Shown: positions 60,469-64,000 of the stretch, piece after piece
Layout of the letters: each line of letters opens with the position of its first letter
Position numbering within the stretch: position 1 is the stretch's first letter
DNA from: Patescibacteria group bacterium
GTDB taxonomy: Bacteria > Patescibacteriota > Patescibacteriia > CAIXNZ01
Direction of reading: 5' to 3'
Length of the DNA: 64,000 bases
Assembly: GCA_028714455.1 (NCBI GenBank)
Contig: JAQTMG010000001.1
Location: 568 to 64,567, forward strand
The notes under the pieces: generated by a model
What the model was told of the DNA's origin: nothing
Database searches by the model: none
What the model saw: only the letters and a program-made list of their open reading frames with translations
Position numbers and translations under genes: made by a program

Positions 60469-60484
60469 TGTTTCACGTGAAACA
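60469..60484. promoter_or_regulatory. parS site
   Basis: TGTTTCACGTGAAACA, exact match to the widespread parS consensus. Confidence 0.85.
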
Positions 60485-60669
60485 ATTTTCATGTTTTTGA
60501 AAACAATATATATAAATTTCCCGACTGGATTTGAACAATATCAAATTCGAGGGCCAAGAAATATATAGCCCTCGGGCAGATACAAGTTTATGTATAATTA
60601 GCAATAATCGTATTTAACGTTAAATCGATAAGTGCGATTATAATTCAGGCCTTACGCAGACTTGTATCT

Positions 60670-60735
60670 GCCCTCGTAGTTTCCGCCAGAGGCGGACCAC
60701 GAATCGAGCTTTGCTCTGGTTCGTGGCAATGGATA
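60670..60735 (+). pseudogene. 5' tRNA-Arg fragment interrupted by the same 45-bp double hairpin as at 28658
   Basis: GCCCTCGTAGTT|insert 60682-60726|CAATGGATA. Confidence 0.8.
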
Positions 60736-60752
60736 TCAAAAAATTAACACCT

Positions 60753-60824
60753 GCCCTCGTAGTTCAATGGATAGAACAAGGGACTCCTAAGCCTTAGATG
60801 GTGGTTCGATTCCTCCCGAGGGCA
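60753..60824 (+). tRNA. tRNA-Arg(CCT)
   Basis: GCCCTCG/CGAGGGC stem, CTCCTAA loop, GGTTCGATTCC. Confidence 0.9.
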
Positions 60825-61002
60825 TTAAATTGTGTATAATTGGCCAAGATAAAAAAGGGGCCAGCCCAGATACAAGTTTGTGTGTAGGCCTAAGAAAATG
60901 GGCCTGCCCCGATAAAAGTTTATGTGAAAAATAGTTTTATGCATTGTTTGTATTGCGTACGAAAAAATACGCTTCAAACATTGAGCACACAGACTTTTAT
61001 CG

Positions 61003-61075
61003 GGGCCGCTAGCTCAGCTGGTAGAGCGCTTCCATGGCATGGAAGAGGCCAGGGGTTCAAGTCCCCTGCGGTCCA
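61003..61075 (+). tRNA. tRNA-Ala(GGC)
   Basis: G3:U70 pair, CTTCC-ATGGCAT-GGAAG. Confidence 0.93.
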
Positions 61076-61140
61076 AAGCGAAATTAACATAAAATTGCTC
61101 AAAGTATAAACGGGCCTGCCCGCCAAAGCTTTGCGAAGGC

Positions 61141-61214
61141 GGGCAATTAGCTCAGCTGGTTAGAGCGTACGATTCACATTCGTAAGGTCACTGGTTCAAT
61201 TCCAGTATTGCCCA
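61141..61214 (+). tRNA. tRNA-Val(CAC)
   Basis: GGGCAAT/ATTGCCC stem, TACGA-TTCACAT-TCGTA. Confidence 0.93.
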
Positions 61215-61216
61215 AT

Positions 61217-62290
61217 ATGTCATTATCAATAGGCATTGTCGGTTTGCCCAATGTTGGCAAGTCCACAATATTCAATTCATTAACGCGCCAAAAGGTGGAT
61301 AGCGCCAATTATCCATTTTGCACCATCAACCCCAATGTTGGCTGTGTTAAGGTACCGGATTCTCGTTTAGATCAGCTAACAGTGATGTCAAAATCCGAAA
61401 AAACCATTTATTCGACCATGGAGTTCATTGATATCGCTGGCCTAGTACGAGGAGCTCATAAAGGCGAGGGGCTTGGCAACCAATTCTTGACTAATATTAG
61501 AGAAACTAGTGCTATTTGTCATATTTTGCGACACTTCGTTAACCCAAATATCGTCCATGTTGAGAATAGAATTAACGCCAAAGACGACTTGGACATTATA
61601 AATATTGAATTAATAATGGCTGATTTGCAGCAGATCAATAAAAAGCTGGAGTCTCGAAAAGACACTGATTTATCAGAACTCAAGCCGTTATTACAAAAAG
61701 TTAAAATTAACCTTGAGAATAATGCGTTAATAAAAGATCAGGATCTTACCGAAGATGAGTTAACCTTGCTTAAGCAATTCAATTTTTTAACTTCTAAGCC
61801 CTGTCTTTATGTTTTTAATGTAGCCGAAATTGATATAAACAAAACTCCGGAACAAATTTTAAAAGAAGCTAATTTGAATCTAGACCCCAAAAAAGTTATT
61901 ATAGTTTGTGGCAAAATGGAAGAAGAACTTTCGCAACTTCCAGAGAATGAAGTGAAAGAATATTTACAAAATTTAAATATTTCACAGACCGGTCTGGAAA
62001 AAATGATTATTGCCGGCTATAAATTATTGAATTTGATTTCCATGTTAACGACTGGGCCGAAAGAAACCAGGGCCTGGGAACTGATAAATGGCCTGAAAGC
62101 GCCTCAAGCGGCCGGCAAAATCCACACGGATTTTGAAAAAGGTTTTGCGCGAGTAGAAGTAATCAACTGGAAAACATTATTGGATTGCGGCAGCTGGACC
62201 AACGCCAAGGAAAAAGGATTGATTAGAATTGAAGGCAAAGAATATCTGATGAAAGACGGCGACACTGTTGTTTTTCATTTTTCCGATTAA
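61217..62290 (+). CDS. ychF: redox-regulated ATPase YchF
   Basis: GIVGLPNVGKST, ANYPFCTINPN, DIAGLV.GA.KGEGLGNQFL, APQAAGKIHTDFEKGF. Confidence 0.97.
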   Translation: MSLSIGIVGLPNVGKSTIFNSLTRQKVDSANYPFCTINPNVGCVKVPDSRLDQLTVMSKSEKTIYSTMEFIDIAGLVRGAHKGEGLGNQFLTNIRETSAICHILRHFVNPNIVHVENRINAKDDLDIINIELIMADLQQINKKLESRKDTDLSELKPLLQKVKINLENNALIKDQDLTEDELTLLKQFNFLTSKPCLYVFNVAEIDINKTPEQILKEANLNLDPKKVIIVCGKMEEELSQLPENEVKEYLQNLNISQTGLEKMIIAGYKLLNLISMLTTGPKETRAWELINGLKAPQAAGKIHTDFEKGFARVEVINWKTLLDCGSWTNAKEKGLIRIEGKEYLMKDGDTVVFHFSD

Positions 62291-62422
62291 ACACAAAAAG
62301 TAATCTGAACGCATAGAATATATCTCGAGAGAATAAAATTTTAAAAACAGCAGCGACAATCAGTTTTTTATTAAAAAATACCGCCACCTTTGTGACGGTA
62401 TTTATATTTAGAAAAATTTAAA

Positions 62423-63604
62423 TTATTTTTTCATAAATACGCAAATTTCCCTGTAAATATGCTGTTTTTCGCGTGAGTAAATAAGTTGTTCTTTGTTGAC
62501 TTTTTCAAAACCCAGATCAAATAATTCATCAAAAATATTTAATTCCGCTAAGTTGCTGCCTAATTTAAAAATTGGAAACACAATTACAATCTTGCCTGAT
62601 GGTTTTAAAATTTTAGCAAATTGTTTAAAAGCATCTAAATACAATTGTTTCAAGCTATTTATAATTTTATTTATTTCGTTTTGATTTTCTCTACCGTTTA
62701 AAGCTGGCCCGAGATATGGTTCCGTAATAATGGCATCGATAACAGGGGATTCAAATTCGGCTGATAGATTTTTCACATCAACTTTACTTATTTTTATATT
62801 ATCAATATCCAAACCAAATCTTTCTTTTAACCAATTTATATTTGTGATTGAATTTTCAACTGCTTTATCGTTCGAATCAAAACCAAATAATTTTTTATAA
62901 CCGAGAAATAATGCTTCTTGTAAAATAGTTCCGGAACCGCAAAACGGATCGACAATAATTGCTTCGCTTTTTAATTCAGCCAAGTTTATCATCATGCGCG
63001 CCAGTTTTGGCGGCAACATGCCCGAGACATCGTCGCGGCCTGGCCGCGTAAAATCTCTGGCGCCAAATTCTTCAAATTCTTGCACGGCCATCGTCTGACC
63101 AAAAATAATCTCATCTTTTTTTATAAAAAAACAAATTTCCGCGCCATTTTGTAAAAGCTTATTTTTTTTGACAATCACTGATGAAAGCTCTTTTTCTTTG
63201 GAGACAACATATCTGGAGCTGATATCTTTTTCCTTTAGCTTTCTCTTGATTTCCATAGCAATCGGCAATAATTGCCTCTGGTATGTGCCCAAATGAACTT
63301 CAGGCGATAGGGAATATAAGCTAAAGCCATAATAGGCTTTGCCTTCTTCGACCTTAAATAAATCTATGAATTTATCCTCAAATCTGGCCAAATTTGATAT
63401 TTTACCTAAAATTAGCCCAATTTTGATAGTTCCCCCCAGTCGCTTATTAACCGTTTGTACATCAAGTTCCTTATCTGTCTCAATTATATATATATTATCT
63501 CTAAATTCTATGTTCTTTATTCTATATTCTAAAAACTCCGAGACGGCGTTAATCTCGGCTTTGGATAAAATCGGATTTTTACCTAATATGAAAAAGTATT
63601 GCAT
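62423..63604 (-). CDS. Trm11/TrmG10-like RNA methyltransferase
   Basis: GMLPPKLARMMINL, DPFCGSGTIL, AIITEPYLGP; start set at MQYFFILG. Confidence 0.85.
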   Translation of the reverse strand: MQYFFILGKNPILSKAEINAVSEFLEYRIKNIEFRDNIYIIETDKELDVQTVNKRLGGTIKIGLILGKISNLARFEDKFIDLFKVEEGKAYYGFSLYSLSPEVHLGTYQRQLLPIAMEIKRKLKEKDISSRYVVSKEKELSSVIVKKNKLLQNGAEICFFIKKDEIIFGQTMAVQEFEEFGARDFTRPGRDDVSGMLPPKLARMMINLAELKSEAIIVDPFCGSGTILQEALFLGYKKLFGFDSNDKAVENSITNINWLKERFGLDIDNIKISKVDVKNLSAEFESPVIDAIITEPYLGPALNGRENQNEINKIINSLKQLYLDAFKQFAKILKPSGKIVIVFPIFKLGSNLAELNIFDELFDLGFEKVNKEQLIYSREKQHIYREICVFMKK

Positions 63605-63825
63605 ATATATATTATCTAAATCATATCGTAAAAATCTGTACTTTTCAAGGATTGCTTTAGGACGATTTTTTGCTATAATTAAGGCAAACGGAACTATATC
63701 ACGCAACTCATTTCTAATACTAAATCATGTGTCAAATCAGCAAAGTATGTGCTAGAAATGAGTTATATGGAATGCTGAAACTACGGCTACACTTTTAAAA
63801 AACATTTTAAATTTATTTAAATTTT

Positions 63826-64000
63826 ATGATAAAAAATTATTGCCGACACGAGTGGGAAAAACACACTAACGTAAAAGCTGGCGGTATACCATCTACTTAC
63901 TTATGCAAAAAGTGCAATTCCATCATGACTGCGGCTGAGGTTTTCCAACTCGAGGCGCTTGAAAATCTAACCGGTTTTCAAAGGTGGTTGTCAATCTTAG
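63826..64000 (+). CDS. small putative Zn-binding protein (partial, runs off window end)
   Basis: Manual translation MIKNYCRHEWEK...YLCKKCNSIM...; open to window end. Confidence 0.5.
   Translation, partial: MIKNYCRHEWEKHTNVKAGGIPSTYLCKKCNSIMTAAEVFQLEALENLTGFQRWLSIL

Noticed and set aside
1-64000. CRISPR array, rRNA, IS transposase or reverse transcriptase
   Set aside because: None was recognised; no regularly spaced repeat-spacer series or corresponding protein motifs were seen.

Overview
AT-rich bacterial chromosomal window (standard code). The gene set and organisation (rpsO-NYN-pnp, short SMC, GspE/PilB, SD-less core genes, SASGG-type palindromes) suggest a Patescibacteria/CPR (Parcubacteria-like) genome; this is inference. 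It carries housekeeping genes (uvrB, smc, hppA, comM/yifB, lspA, dksA-like, pnp, rpsO, xerC/D-like, ftsH, tsaE, tsaD, polA, holA, rpsT, rmuC, mgtA, ychF), nine tRNAs, a perfect parS site and many self-contained orphan genes. Two signals stand out. (1) Intact tRNA genes sit next to, or nested inside, split 'shell' copies of tRNAs that are interrupted by palindromic hairpin insertions (Glu, two Arg, Cys; smaller cases at Ala and Val). One of these loci carries a small GIY-YIG nuclease flanked by a 13-bp direct repeat. (2) A diversity-generating-retroelement-like cassette (target gene with a variable repeat, plus a template-repeat-like copy in its own promoter/leader/terminator unit) has no reverse transcriptase in the window. 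There are also three to four stand-alone structured ncRNA candidates, a start-codon-duplicating gene insertion at uvrB, an LspA-methyltransferase fusion and in-frame palindromic inserts in polA and tsaE. All alignments and folds were done by eye.
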